A stretch of 64,000 bases of DNA from Anaeramoeba ignava BMAN. Its lineage: Eukaryota; Protista; Anaeramoebae. The DNA is taken from NCBI GenBank assembly GCA_028826165.1, contig JAPDFW010000053.1, forward strand, positions 434,001 through 498,000, read 5' to 3'. The translations under genes and the position numbers were made by a program. The notes beneath the pieces were generated by a model. It saw only the letters and a list, made by a program, of their open reading frames with translations, did no database searches and was not told the DNA's origin. Of the stretch, positions 1 through 13,331 are shown one piece after another (within the stretch, counting starts at the first letter, position 1; the number at the start of each line of letters is the position of its first letter).

Positions 1-1607
1 AAATTAATATTTGAACAATTCTCTGCTCCACAACAATCTCCAATAATTTCTTCTGCAGTACCGAAAAAGCAAGGATGTGTATGGAATTTTCTATCAGGAT
101 CATACCAAGATGAATTAAGAACCATATCCTTTCGATACATAACTTTTTGGATTGCCTCAGCATTCCATTCCTTTCCCCTTAATTTGAATAAAAATGAATA
201 AGAATTAATGAAAATTAATAAAAATTAATAAAAATTTTTTCTTCAATTTCAAAAATTCTTACCAAGGAAGAAATACAACTGAATAATCAGATTCATTTTC
301 TTGAGAATCCACATATTTCTTATCTTCTTTTAAAGAAGGATGTAAATATCCCCAAACGGAAGGATGAACATCTGAAGGTGGTCTCAATCTTCTTAATCTT
401 GAAAACTCTTTAAAAATTGTATGTTGGCGAGATGTTTGCAGTTGTTCAAGTAATAAAAGCTTTGCTAATCCATGAACCCTATCAATTCTTCTTTCATATA
501 AAGAAATATCAATTTTGGATCGATCCAAAAATGGAACAAGAACAGAAAATCCTCTTGAACCATATTTTGCCAATCTAGTTTCATAAGTAGGACTTCGTCT
601 AGTCATATCAATTGTATTATATCTATGAATCAATGAATTATGACATCTTGGAGTCATCCATACTTTTTCTCCATCAAATCCGCAACTGCAAGAATCAACA
701 TCAAATCCCATTAAAATTTCAGAAATGGATTTATATAATCTTAATATAATTTGGATATGTCTATATGGATATTGAGAAACTAAATCAAAATCAATTTAAA
801 AATTAGAATCAAAATAAAAATTAAAATCAATTTAAAAATGAAAATCAATTTAAAAATGAAAATCAATTTAAAAATTAGAATCAAAATAAAAATTAAAATC
901 AAAATTAATTACCTATAGTTACTGCATGTCTGCTTCGAAATGCTATTGCTTTAAAAGGTATCGTTTCACTAATTGTTTTAAAAATTTCTTTTAATTTCTC
1001 ATTAGCTTCTTCTGGATCATTTATTCCATAAAGGAAAATATCAACATCTGAATTTGAATAAGCTTCATCATGAAAATAATTTCTTCTTGTTAAATTACTT
1101 TCATCAAATTTATCTTTATTATAAAAAAAAAATAATTAAAATAAATTTAAATTAAAAATTATTTTGCTTTTTTTTTTTAATCAAACCAGGAATTGGCATT
1201 AAACTCGCAAGAATTGAACCACCAGCAACAAAACAATTTTTCCAATTTAAAAATCTAAATTGACCTTCAGTAAAAACTTCGAAATTTCTTTTAAATTCAT
1301 CAAAAGAATTAATGCATTTTTTGTTTGAAATTGTTTGATCTTGAAGAAATAATTTTGGAATTTTTTTCTCTTCTTCAGTTTCTTGTGTGAATTCATAAAT
1401 ATCAAGATTTTTATAAGTATCAACAAGCATTAAATGCGGATCTTGTATTTCTTTTGAAGTTTCTCTTTCTTTTGCAAATAATTTTCGATATAAATTTTCT
1501 TCATTGATTATTTGTTCAAATAATTTTTGTTTTTCTTCATTAGTTTTTGCATTTTTGAATAATTGGGGGTATTCATTTTTTATCTTTATTTCAATTTCTT
1601 TTTCCAT
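1..1607 (-). CDS. Pol-beta-like nucleotidyltransferase-fold protein, multi-exon, 3' end runs off the window
   Basis: GT-AG exons 1607-1187, 1113-~913, ~779-263 and ~178-1 join in frame. Motifs FVAGGS, YSNSDVDIFLYG, HIQIILRLY, GFDVDSC and RRSPTYETRLAKYGSRGF match the GS..DxD..D signature. Confidence 0.75.
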
Positions 1608-1789
1608 TTTTTATTATTTTTCTTTTTAAAAAGAAAAAAAAAATGATTTTATTTTTTTAAAAAAAATTTGTTTTTATATGATCCTTTCAAAAAAGAAAAA
1701 AAATTTTTTTAATAAGATTATTTTGGATTAATTTAGGAAAATGTATTTAAATATTTAAATATATTAATTTAATTATCAATTATATATCA

Positions 1790-4700
1790 ATTTAATATCA
1801 ATTCCAAATCAATTTAATATCAATTTAATATCAATTTAATATCAATTTAATATCAATTTAATATCAATTTAATATCAATTTAATATCAATTTAATATCAA
1901 TTCCAAATCAATTTATTATCAATTTAATATCAATTTAATATCAATTTAATATCAATTTATTATTAATTTAATATCAATTTAATATCAATTTATTATCAAT
2001 TTAATATCAATTTAATATCAATTTATTATCAATTTATTATCAATTTAATTTAATATCAATTTAATATATCATTTTTAATATCAATTTAATATCAAATTTA
2101 ATATCAATTTAATATCAATTTAATATCAATTTAATATCAATAAATATCAATTTAATATCAATTTATTATCAATTTAATATCAATTTAATATCAATTTTTA
2201 ATTCAATTTTTAATATCAATTTATTATCAATTTATTATCAATTTTTTATCAATTTAATATCAATTTATATATCAATTTATCAATTTATCAATTTTTTATC
2301 AATTAATATCAATTTAATTATCAATTTAATATCAATTTATTATCAATTTAATATCAATTTAATATCAATTTATTATCAATCAATTTATTATCAATATCAA
2401 TTTATTATCAATTTTATTATCAATTTATTATCAATTTAATATCAATTTAATATCAATTTTTATCAAATTTATTATCAAATATCAATTTATTATCAATTCA
2501 ATATCAATTTAATATCAATTTAATATCAATAATATCAATTTTATCAATATCAATTTTAATATCAAATCAATTTATTATCAATTTATATATCAATTTTTAT
2601 CAATTTTTATCAATTTTTAATATCAATTTAATATCAATTTAATATCAATTTAATATCATTTTTAATATCAAATTTATTATCATTTTTAATATCAATAATT
2701 CAATTTAATATCATCATTTAATATCAATTTTAATATCAATTTAATATCAATTTATCAATTTAATATCAATTTATTATCAATTTTAATATCAATTTAATAT
2801 CAATTTTTAATATCAATTTATATCAATTTAATATCAATTTAATATCAATTTATTTTCAATTTTATCAATTTTTTATCAATTTAATATCAATTTAATATCA
2901 ATTTTTAATTTATTATCAATTTTTATCATCAATTTCAATTTTATCAATTTCAATTATCAATTTAATATCAATTTAATATCAATTTATTATCAATTTAATT
3001 ATCAATTTAATATCAATTTATTATCAATTTAATATTCAATCAATTTTATCAATTTATTATCAATTTATTATCAATTTAATATATCAATTTTTTAATATCA
3101 ATTTATTATCAATTTTATTATCAATTTAATATCAATTTATTATCAATTTATTATCAATTTATATCAATTTCAATTTTTATCAATTTTAATATCAATTTAT
3201 TATCAATTTAATATCAATTTATATCAATTTTAATATCAATTTTAATATCAATTTTAATATCAATTTAATATTTATTATCAATTTTTATCAATTAATATCA
3301 ATCAATTTATTATCAATTTATTATCATTTTTAATATCAATTTTCAATTAATAATTTAATATCAATTTTAATATCAATTTATTATCAATTTTAATATCAAT
3401 TTATTATCAATTTAATATCAATTTATCAATTTAATATCAATTTTTGTTAATATCAATTTAATATCAATTTTAATATCAATTTTTATTATCAATTTTTAAT
3501 CAATTTAATATCAATTTAATATTTAATATCATTTTCAATTTAATATCAATTTAATATCAATTTTAATATCAATTTAATATCAATTTTATTATGTTATCAA
3601 TTTTTATCAATATCAATTATCAATATCAATTTAATATTTAATATCAATATCAATTTATTATCAATTTATTATCAATTTAATATCAATTTAATATCAATTA
3701 AATATCAATTTAATATCAATTATCAATATCAATTTAATATCAATTTAATATCAATTTAATATCAATTTAATATCAAATATCAATTTAATATCAATTTAAT
3801 CAATTTAATATATTATCAATTTATTATCAATTTAATATCAATTTATTATCAATTTTAATATCAATTTATTTATCAATTTAATATCAATTTTATTATCAAT
3901 TTTTTTATCAATTTAATATCAATTTATTATCAATTTATTATCAATTTATTATCAATTTAATATATCAAATTTATTATCAATTTATTATCAATTTTTATTT
4001 TATTATCAATTTATTTATCAATTTATTATCAATTTATTTTATCAATTTAATATCATCAATTTATTATCAATTTTATCAATTTAATATCAATATCAATTTA
4101 TTATCAATTTAATATCAATTTATCAATTTATTATCAATTTTTAATATCAATTTTTATCAATTCAATTTAATATCAATTTAATTTATCAATTTAATATCAA
4201 TTTAATATCAATTTATTATCAATTTTTAATATCAATAATATCAAATTTATATCAAATTTATTTATCAAATTTAATATCAATTTATTATCAAATTTATTAT
4301 CAATTTATTATCAATTTAATATCAATTTTTATCAATTAATTTCAATTTTATATCAATTTTAATATCAATTTATTTTATCAAATTTATTATCAATTTTAAT
4401 ATCAATTTAATATCAATTTAATATCAATTTATTATCAATATATCAATTTATCAATTTATCAATTTATTATCAATTTCAATCTATTATCAATTTAATATAA
4501 ATATCAATTTAATATCAATTTAATATCAATTAATTCCAATATCAATTTTATCAATTTAATATCAATTTAATATCAATTTATTATCAATTTAATATCAATT
4601 TAATATCAATTTATTATCAATTTATTATCAATTTATTATCAATTTATTATCAATTTAATATCAATTTATTATCAATTTATTATCAATTTAATATCAATTT

Positions 4701-4825
4701 AATATCAATTTATTATCAATTTAATATCAATTTATTATCAATTTAATATCAATTTAATATTAATTTAATATTAATTTAATATAAATTTAAAATTAATTTA
4801 ATACCAATTTAATATCAATTCCAAA
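1790..4825. repeat. ~3 kb degenerate 11-mer satellite (AATATCAATTT / ATTATCAATTT)
   Basis: Direct tandem repetition in an intergenic region between divergent genes. Confidence 0.95.
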
Positions 4826-5302
4826 TAAATTTAAAATTAATGGAAAGAAGAAAATGAAAAAGGGGGTGAATTTTCAAAAATTAATTGGTTTTTTTTTTTT
4901 CTTCTAAATAAAATAATTCCTATTTGATTAAAACAATAAAAAAACAAGATCTCAAAATTTATTTTAAAAATTTATTTTAAAAATTTATTTTAAAAATTAG
5001 GGGATTTTTTGTTTTTTAAAAAATTTATTTTATTAATTAAATAGGAATTTTGTCTAGATCGAAAAGCAAAAAAAAAATGCAGGCAAAAAAATAGATTAAA
5101 AGAAATCAAATTTTTAGTTTTTTTTTTCTCATTTCTTTTTTCTTCAAATTTTTATTTTTATTGAAATTTATTAATTGGATAATTTTTTGAAGTAAGCAAA
5201 TATTATTCAGAAAATAAACAACTTTTTTTTTTTGGGGATACAAATTAATTTTATCTTTATTTTTTTCTTTCATCAACAAATAAAAATAGGTTTATACAAA
5301 CG

Positions 5303-7433
5303 ATGAAAATTCTTTTTCTTATTTTCTTATTCACAAATTTGATATTAATTATCAGTTCTGATGTTTCGATTAGCAACTTCTTCCATTTCCCAAGCCCAAT
5401 GGAACAGACTTATGTTTCGTTAATTGATTCAAATCAAGGAGTTGGATACTTTGCTGATACAAGAATAGGAGAGCCATCAAGATTGTATAAGTATGATCTG
5501 CAGACGTTGGAATTGTTGGAATATCTCATTTTGCCCATTAATAATGCACAATGTGGAGCTATTGATGTGGATAACCAACTGGCTTATATTGGAGGATACG
5601 ATTATCCAATGCGGATAGTAAAAGTTGATCTTAGTCTCTTTCAAGTTCAGGATGTAGTGAGTTTCTATGAAGATGTAACAGGCATTTGGTCAATGAACAT
5701 TGATCTCGTTGGACAGAAACTCTATGCTTCTATGGATGATCCAGATGTTTATGTGAAAAAAGTTGATTTAAGCAGTTTCTCCTCTCAAGGAACATTGAGT
5801 TATTTCAGGAAACTATATTTGGGGTTCGCTAATTGATACAGAAAATGGTTTTCTTTATGTTTCCACCGATACAGATGGTTATGATGATCCAATTATCCAC
5901 AAAATTAGATTGTCAAATTTCACTGAAATGGGAAATCTTCCTTTGAATGCAAGTGATGAATCTGGAGCAACCTTTGGAGGAATCGATTCTTCATCACAAT
6001 TGATGTATGTTGGAACAAATGCTGAACCAATGAGAATTGTCAAAATCAACCTTACTGATTTCACAAAACTAGATGTGTTTACTTGTGACGAGGGAACGAA
6101 CAATGCAATGGGTGCTTATGTTAATTTCAGTGCAGAATTGGGTTATTTCTTAAGTGAAGATGGTTGTGTGATTGAAGTCAATTTGACAGAATTGGGAGTA
6201 AAGAACTCGACTTGCTATGATACTTCTGAAGTATATTCAATGGCTGTAGATGAGGAAACCCATAAGAGTTATGTTGGAATGGGTGAATCAAACATTGGAA
6301 TAGGTGATTTACTTACAATGGAACAAGATTCAGAAATTGTTAGACCAATTTTTCTAAATCCAACTGTATTTCTGATTGATCAAATTGCACAAACAGCGTA
6401 TCTTATATTTGATACTGATTATCCACTACTTGCAAAGGTTGATCTTAAAACATTCCAACTCGTGGATTTCATGATTCTCTCCTTGGAAGATGGTATTTCT
6501 GGAGGTGAAATTGACGAATACAACGGATTTGCTTATATTTTCCATGGATATGGATTGGAAATACTCAAAATTAGATTATCCAATTTTTCAGTTGATAGTG
6601 ATAATATAATTGATCCATATGGATTTATTATGGCATCTACTTTCGATCATGAAGATCATATCCTGTATGTCGCATTTGGAAATGATACTGAAGAGGAATA
6701 CACAATTGTGGAAATCAGTTCTCCTGCTCTTGTTAACCAAAGACATATGTCCTTGAATAATATATGGGATGTGTTTGATGTTAAAGTTGATCCTTATCAT
6801 CAATACATTTATGTTTGGGGGCAATATGGAGAAGAATCAGCAAATTTCCTTAAAAAAATCCAAATTTCAGACTTCACACAAATAGGATCAGCAAATTTGA
6901 CTGAGTATAATTTCGATTCTTTGTCTCTTGATATTACTCATGAATACATGTATTTCGGAACTTGTAAAAACTGCCAAAACTCAGGATTAGAGTTAACAAA
7001 ATTAGGAGATAATCCAAATTCTGCTCAAATTTGTCGAGTTGATTTATCCACAATGCAAATCAAAGATTGCCAAGAAATTGAAAATGTTAATGATTTTTTC
7101 TTTTCATTCATTGAATCATCTTCAAATTGGGGATATTTTGTTACAAGTTTTTTCAATTCTGTGATTGGAGATTATTCCACAATGGTATTTCAAATCGAAA
7201 CTAGTTCAAATAAATTACTTGGAAATGCAACAATTGAAGATTCTTTGGTTGATTTTATGGGAAGATATGATTTCTCAACTAACTATGGTTATCTTGTAGG
7301 AATGAGCTCAAATCCTGTTCCTTTCATGAGACTTACAGTTCCATCACCTGAAAATCCAAATTTTTCTAATTCAGGAAAACTTATTTTCTCAACTTTGATT
7401 TTTGGATTGATGATTATTTTAGGATTCTTTTAA
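5303..7433 (+). CDS. Secreted or surface beta-propeller-like protein with signal peptide and C-terminal hydrophobic anchor; one frameshift near 5800
   Basis: ORFs 5303-5836 and 5910-7433 join with one frame change (..GTLS / ISGNYIWGSLIDTENGFLYV). Repeated IDxxxxxxYVG..IVKVDL blades; N-terminus MKILFLIFLF, C-terminus LIFGLMIILGFF; intronless. Confidence 0.75.
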
Positions 7434-7533
7434 ATTCTTTTAAATTCTTTTTTACTTTTTTTTCTTTCAAATTCTTTCAAAATCAAAAAAGGAAATATCA
7501 AGAATAAAAAACAAAAAAAAGAAAAAAATTTTT

Positions 7534-10500
7534 TTAATCTTGATCATCAATAATTTTTCTTTTTCGGTTATTTTTTGATTCTTTGTTGGTTTCTTCATCA
7601 ATTAAAGGAAATGAATTTGAATCAATTTCAATAAACTCTTTTTTTTCTTTATCAGGTTTTTTAGTTGAATCATTTTCAAAATCAGAATCAAAATCAAAGT
7701 CCATTTGATCATCTGAATTAATTTCAAATTCTTCGTGATTCGGATCATTTTCATTTTCATTTTCATTTTCATTTTCATTCTCATTCTCTTTTTCTAAATA
7801 ATTCTCTAAATCATTTTCTAAATAATGTTTATTTTCATTTTGAGTTTTTTCTTCAATAATTCTTTCGTTAACATTTTGAGAATATCTTTTAAATAAAACT
7901 GAAATGAAAAGTCCATCATTGCGATTCAATTCTTTGAAGAATCCTTTCAAAATATTGATAATCATGTGATATGCATTTTGGAACCATTTGAAATGAATAA
8001 TTTGAGAATCTTGAAGAATTTTTTGGAAAAGAATCAAAGTTGGAAGTTGATAAAAAAGATATTCCTTTCTTTCTGAAATGATATTGAGGATATTAAACAA
8101 ACTTGTATTGATTTCTTCATCATTTTGTTTGTATTTTTCAAATAGAAGCAAGCAATTATCCAAAATTGAATTTTGACAAAGATTTAACTTGAATTTCTCA
8201 ATATCAAACTGTTTTTGGTGAATGTTTTCATAATGAATAATTTCAATTTCTTGTGTTTCTTCCTTTGAAAGTTGTTGGGATGTTGTGGTTTGTGTAAATC
8301 TTGATGAATAGTAAATAATTGGGTTTGATTTTGTATATTCTTCAAAGATCATCAATAAAATCTAAATATATAAAAATGTTTTGTTTTCTTTTAGTTTTTT
8401 TTGTTTATGAATCTTTAATTGTAAAGTTAATTACATCCAATATGATAATCAAATCATGGAAAATCTTTTTTGAATATCCGTGAATCGGCTTATAAAATCG
8501 AATATAAGAACAAATTCTTTTGATCAAATTATGTTCATAAATAACATTTTGGATCAGAGTATTCGAAATTTCTTGAAATTGGGTTTTTTGATTCAGGAAA
8601 CGAATTGTAAGCAAAATTTGAGAAACGCATTCTAAGGAACTAGAAAGTAAATTGAATCTTTTGGATTCATGATATTTTTTCACAAAATTTGAAATGTTCA
8701 AAATCATTTTGAATTTTATTGCATTTGAAATGGCTCCAATATCAAAATCATTTTCCTTTAAGCAATTTAAGTGTCGAATTCTTGCAAAATTGAGAATAAA
8801 AGAAATGAGCTCAAAAAACATTAATTGAGAATCAAGATCATCTGTTAAATCAACTTCGCAATTATCAATTAAAACTATTTGGAGAAAGGGAAGACAAAAA
8901 AGAAAAAGAATTAAAAAAAATTGTTTTGATTTTAAAAAATAGAAAATACTTTGAAAAGCTCCATTATCAATAAAGTTATCAAAAGTTGATTTCAAACATT
9001 GAACCACAATTTGATTTGTTTGTTTTTTCTTCCTTTTTGTAACTTCTTCGATAATTGATTTTGATTTTGATTTTTGAGCATAATTTCTTGAAGAAGTGAT
9101 TTTTGGAGAGTGTTTTGGTTGATAAAATCCTTTTGATGAAAATGAGCTTAAATGTTTGTTTTGGTTCATCAAATTTTTGTAAAGAAAAGTTCCACCAAAA
9201 TTTGGATGTCTGAGAAAGGAAGAATTTTGATTTGAATTTTTGGATTGATTTTCTGATTTGAGTAATTGTGCAAGTTCAGAATTATGAACAGATCTATGAT
9301 CGATGTTAATTTGAAATAGATCATTTGGATCAATTTGATTTGATATTTGGGCAAAGAATTCAATAACTTGTCTTTTATAATCTAATTCTTTTGGGAATTT
9401 TTCCATCATTTGAGCGAGGAAGATGACTGTTTGAATAAGTTTTTTTTGATGGAAAAGAACAAGTAAATCATCATGAATTTTTTCAAGATGATTGAGTTGT
9501 TTGTGATGAATTTGAGAGCATTTGAGCATATTATTAAATAATTTGAACATTAGTTTAATTAAATGACGAGAAGATTTTGGATTTAGTTGTGAATAAAATG
9601 ATTGGTTGTTTTGCACAGTATCCTCTTGTTCGTTTTCTTTCTTAGAAATTTGTGGTTCGTGTTTTAAAACATGATGAATGGCCTGAAGAAATAAATAAAC
9701 AAATAAAATGATAATATCTTTTTTAACAAAATGATTCAATGATTTGATGATTGATTCTTCAATTTCAACATTAAATTTATCAAGTTTTTCCAAATCAAGT
9801 AAGGTTTTCAAGAGGTTAATAGATAAGAACAGAATTTCCAAATCTTTTGGATAGTTGAGAATTAATGGAAAAATTTTTTTTTCAATTATTCCAGAGATGA
9901 TCAATTGAGATTTGATTTCATTTCTTATTTTGATTATTGCAAAAATTGAATTCAAGCAATCTAACAAAAAAATCAAAATAATATTTAAATGAATTTTATA
10001 TTAATTTTAAATCAATTTTAAATTTAAATCAAATTTTATATTAATTTTATATCAATTTTAAATCAATTTTATATCAATTTTAAATCAATTTTATATTAAT
10101 TTTATATCAATTTTATATCAATTTTATATCAATTTTATATTAATTTTAAATTCAATTTTAAATCAATTTTATATCAATTTTATATCAATTTTTTTATATT
10201 AAAATTTTATATCAATTTTAAATCAATTTTAAATCAATTTTATATCAATTTTAAATCAATTTTATATCAATTTTAAATCAATTTTAAATCAATTTTATAT
10301 CAATTTTAAATCAATTTTATATCAATTTTAAATCAATTTTATATCAATTTTAAATCAATTTTATATCAATTTTATATCAATTTTATATCAATTTTAAATC
10401 AATTCAATATCAATTTTGGGTTTTACTTGAACAATAAATTCCTTTTTCAAAAATTTCTGTATGAGTAGAAGATTGAATTCCTATTCCAGAAATTAATTTA

Positions 10501-10553
10501 ATTAAATCATTATTTAAATCATTATTTTGATTAAAAGATTTTTGTTTTAACAT
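7534..10553 (-). CDS. TIMELESS: Timeless/Tof1-like replication fork protection protein
   Basis: Exons 10553-10427, 9960-8950, 8874-8435, 8361-7534. The N-terminal NCLNSI..KIFPLILNYPKD segment and RHPNFGGTF resemble Timeless DCLESV..LLPIL and RHSRFGG. Confidence 0.6.
9990..10415. repeat. Intronic 11-mer satellite (ATCAATTTTAA / ATCAATTTTAT)
   Basis: Tandem repeats fill Timeless intron 1. Confidence 0.9.
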
Positions 10554-10740
10554 TTAAATTAATAATAAAAAAGAAATAGAAAAATGGAAATAAAGAAAGA
10601 AAAAAGGAAAGAAAAAGAAAAAAGAAACAATTTTTTTAACGGAAATTTTTAAAGAATAAATTACTCAAATTTTTAATAAATTATTTTTTTTTTTTTTCAT
10701 TTTTTTTCTTTCATTTTTTTAAAAACATAAAATAATAATA

Positions 10741-13009
10741 ATGGATCTTAAAAATGAAATTATTCTTCAACCATATAAACATATTTGTGAAATTCCAGGA
10801 AAAGGAATGAGAGCTAAATTATTTGAAGCATTTGATTATTGGTTAAAAATTCCAGAATCCAAAAAAGTTTTAATATCTGAAGTTACAGAAATGCTTCATA
10901 ATTCTTCATTAATTATTGATGATATTGAAGATGAATCAACAATCAGAAGAGGATTTCCTGTTGCTCATGTTATTTATGGTATTCCTGCTTGTATTAATAC
11001 TGCAAATTTAGTTTATTTTCAAGCTTTGAATAAATGTTTAGAACTTGGTGAAAAAAGTATAAAAGATTTTTGTGAAGAATTAATTAATCTTCATGTTGGT
11101 CAAGCTTATGGTAATATAATTATAATTTTAAATTTAATTTTAATTTGAAGAATTTGAATTTTTGAATTTAAATTTAATAAAAAGAATTTTAAATTTAATT
11201 TAAAGAAAAATTAGAAAAAGAAAAATTTTAATTTTTAATTTTTTTTTTTGATTTCAAATTTTAATTTTGATTTTTAATTTTAATTTTAATTTTTAAAAAC
11301 ATAAATTAATTTTTGGATTTTGATTTTATTTTTGATTTTAAATTTATTTTTTAATATTAATTTTAATTTGAATTTTAAATTTTTGATTTTAATTTTTATT
11401 TAAAAATTCCAGAATCCAAAAAGTTTTAATTTTAATACAGAAATGCTTCATAATTTTAATTTTAATTTTAATTTTAATTTTAATTTTAATTTTAATTTTT
11501 AATTTTATTTTTAATTTTTAGTTTATTTTAAGCTTTTTTAATTTTTTTTGAATTTTATAAAAAATTTTTAATTTTAATTAATTTTAATTTTAAATAATTT
11601 AATTTTTGATTTTAATTATAATTTTAATTTTAATTTTTTTAATTTTAATTTTAAATTTTAATTTTAATTTTAATTTTAATTTTTAATTTTTTTAATTTTA
11701 ATTTTAATTTTAATTTTAATTTTAATTTTAATTTTAATTTTGAATTTTAATTTCAATTTTAATTTTTAATTTTAATTTTAATTTTAATTTTAATTTTTAA
11801 TTTAATTTTAATTTTAATTTTAATTTTAATTTTAATTTTAATTTTAATTTTAATTTTTAATTTTAATTTTAATTTGATTTTTAATTTTAATTTTAATTTT
11901 AATTTTAATTTTAATTTTAATTTTAATTTTAATTTTAATTTTAATTTTAATTTTAATTTTAATTTTAATTTTAATTTTAATTTTAATTTTAATTTTAATT
12001 TTAATTTTAATTTTAATTTTAATTTTAATTTTAATTTTAATTTTAATTTTAATTTTAATTTTAATTTTAATTTTAATTATAATTTAAATTTTAATTTTAT
12101 AAATGAATTTTAATTTTAATTTCCAAATGAAAAAAAAAGATATTTATTGGAGAGATAACTTTATTTGTCCAACAGAAGAAGAATATAGTGAAATGGTAAT
12201 AAATAAAACAGGAGGATTATTTAGACTTGGTGTTAAACTTATGCAAAATTTTAGTGAATGTAAACAAGATTTTATACCATTACTTAATACACTTGGTCAA
12301 CTTTATCAAGTAGTTGATGATTATATCAATTTAAAATCTGAGAAATATATGGAAACAAAAATTTATTGTGAAGATTTAACTGAAGGAAAATTCTCTTTTC
12401 CAATTATTCATGGAATAAAAAATGATAAAACAGGAAAATTATCAAGTAATTTTTATTTTCAAAATCAAAATCAAATTCAAAATCAAAATTAAAATCAAAT
12501 TCAAATTCAAAATCAAATTCAAATTCAAAATTAAAATCAAATTCAAATTCAAAATTAAAATCAAATTCAAATTCAAAATCAAAATTAAATTCAAAATCTA
12601 AATCAAAATTTAATTCAAAATTAAAATCAAAACCAAAATCAAAATCAAAATTAAAATTAAAATTAAAATCAAAATTAAAATCAAAATTAAAATCAAAATT
12701 TAATTCAAAATCAAAATTAAAATTCGAAATTAAAATCAAAATTAAAATCTAAATCAAAATTTAATTCAAAATCAAAATAAAAATTAAAATTAAAATCAAT
12801 TTTTTGAAGATATTCTTCGACAAAAAACCAAATTAAATGATGTTAAGAAATTTGCAGTTTCAATTATGGAAAAACTTGGATCTTTTGATTATTCCCGAAA
12901 AGTTATTGATGATTTAAAAGAAAAAATTTTAAAAGAAATTGAAAAACTTGGAGGAAATGAAAAATTACAAGAAATTGTGGAAAATATTGTTTCAAAAATT
13001 TTGGTTTAA
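10741..13009 (+). CDS. GGPS1: Geranylgeranyl diphosphate synthase (type III), 3 exons
   Basis: Exons 10741-11110, 12140-12445, 12810-13009 give [14 protein letters not shown] (FARM), GQAYDIYWRD, KTGGLF, DDYIN (SARM) and [11 protein letters not shown]. Confidence 0.95.
11450..12120. repeat. (TTTTAA)n microsatellite in GGPPS intron 1
   Basis: Direct hexamer tandem; source of the spurious FN-repeat ORF. Confidence 0.95.
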
Positions 13010-13300
13010 AAATCAAAATTAAAATCAAAATTAAAATTAAATCAAATTAAAATTAAAATTAAAATCAAAATCAAAATTAAAATCAAAATTAAATTTAAAA
13101 TTAAAATTAAAATTAAAATTAAATTTAAATCAAAATCAAAATCAAAATCAAAGTCAAAATCAAAATCAAAATCAAAATCAAAATTAAAATCAAAATTAAA
13201 TTTAATATTAAAATTAAAATTAAAATTAAAATCAAAATCAAAATCAAAATCAAAATCAAAATCAAAATCAAAATCAAAATTAAAATCAAAATTAAAATCA
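12460..13300. repeat. (AAAATC/AAAATT)n microsatellites in GGPPS intron 2 and its 3' flank, interrupted by exon 3
   Basis: Direct hexamer tandems at 12460-12800 and 13010-13300. Confidence 0.9.
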
Positions 13301-13331
13301 AATTCTTTTTTTCATTTTTTTCTTTTCAAAA

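Noticed and set aside
1790-4825. Telomeric or centromeric identity for the 11-mer array
   Set aside because: It has no G-rich strand, is internal between genes, and similar repeats fill ordinary introns.
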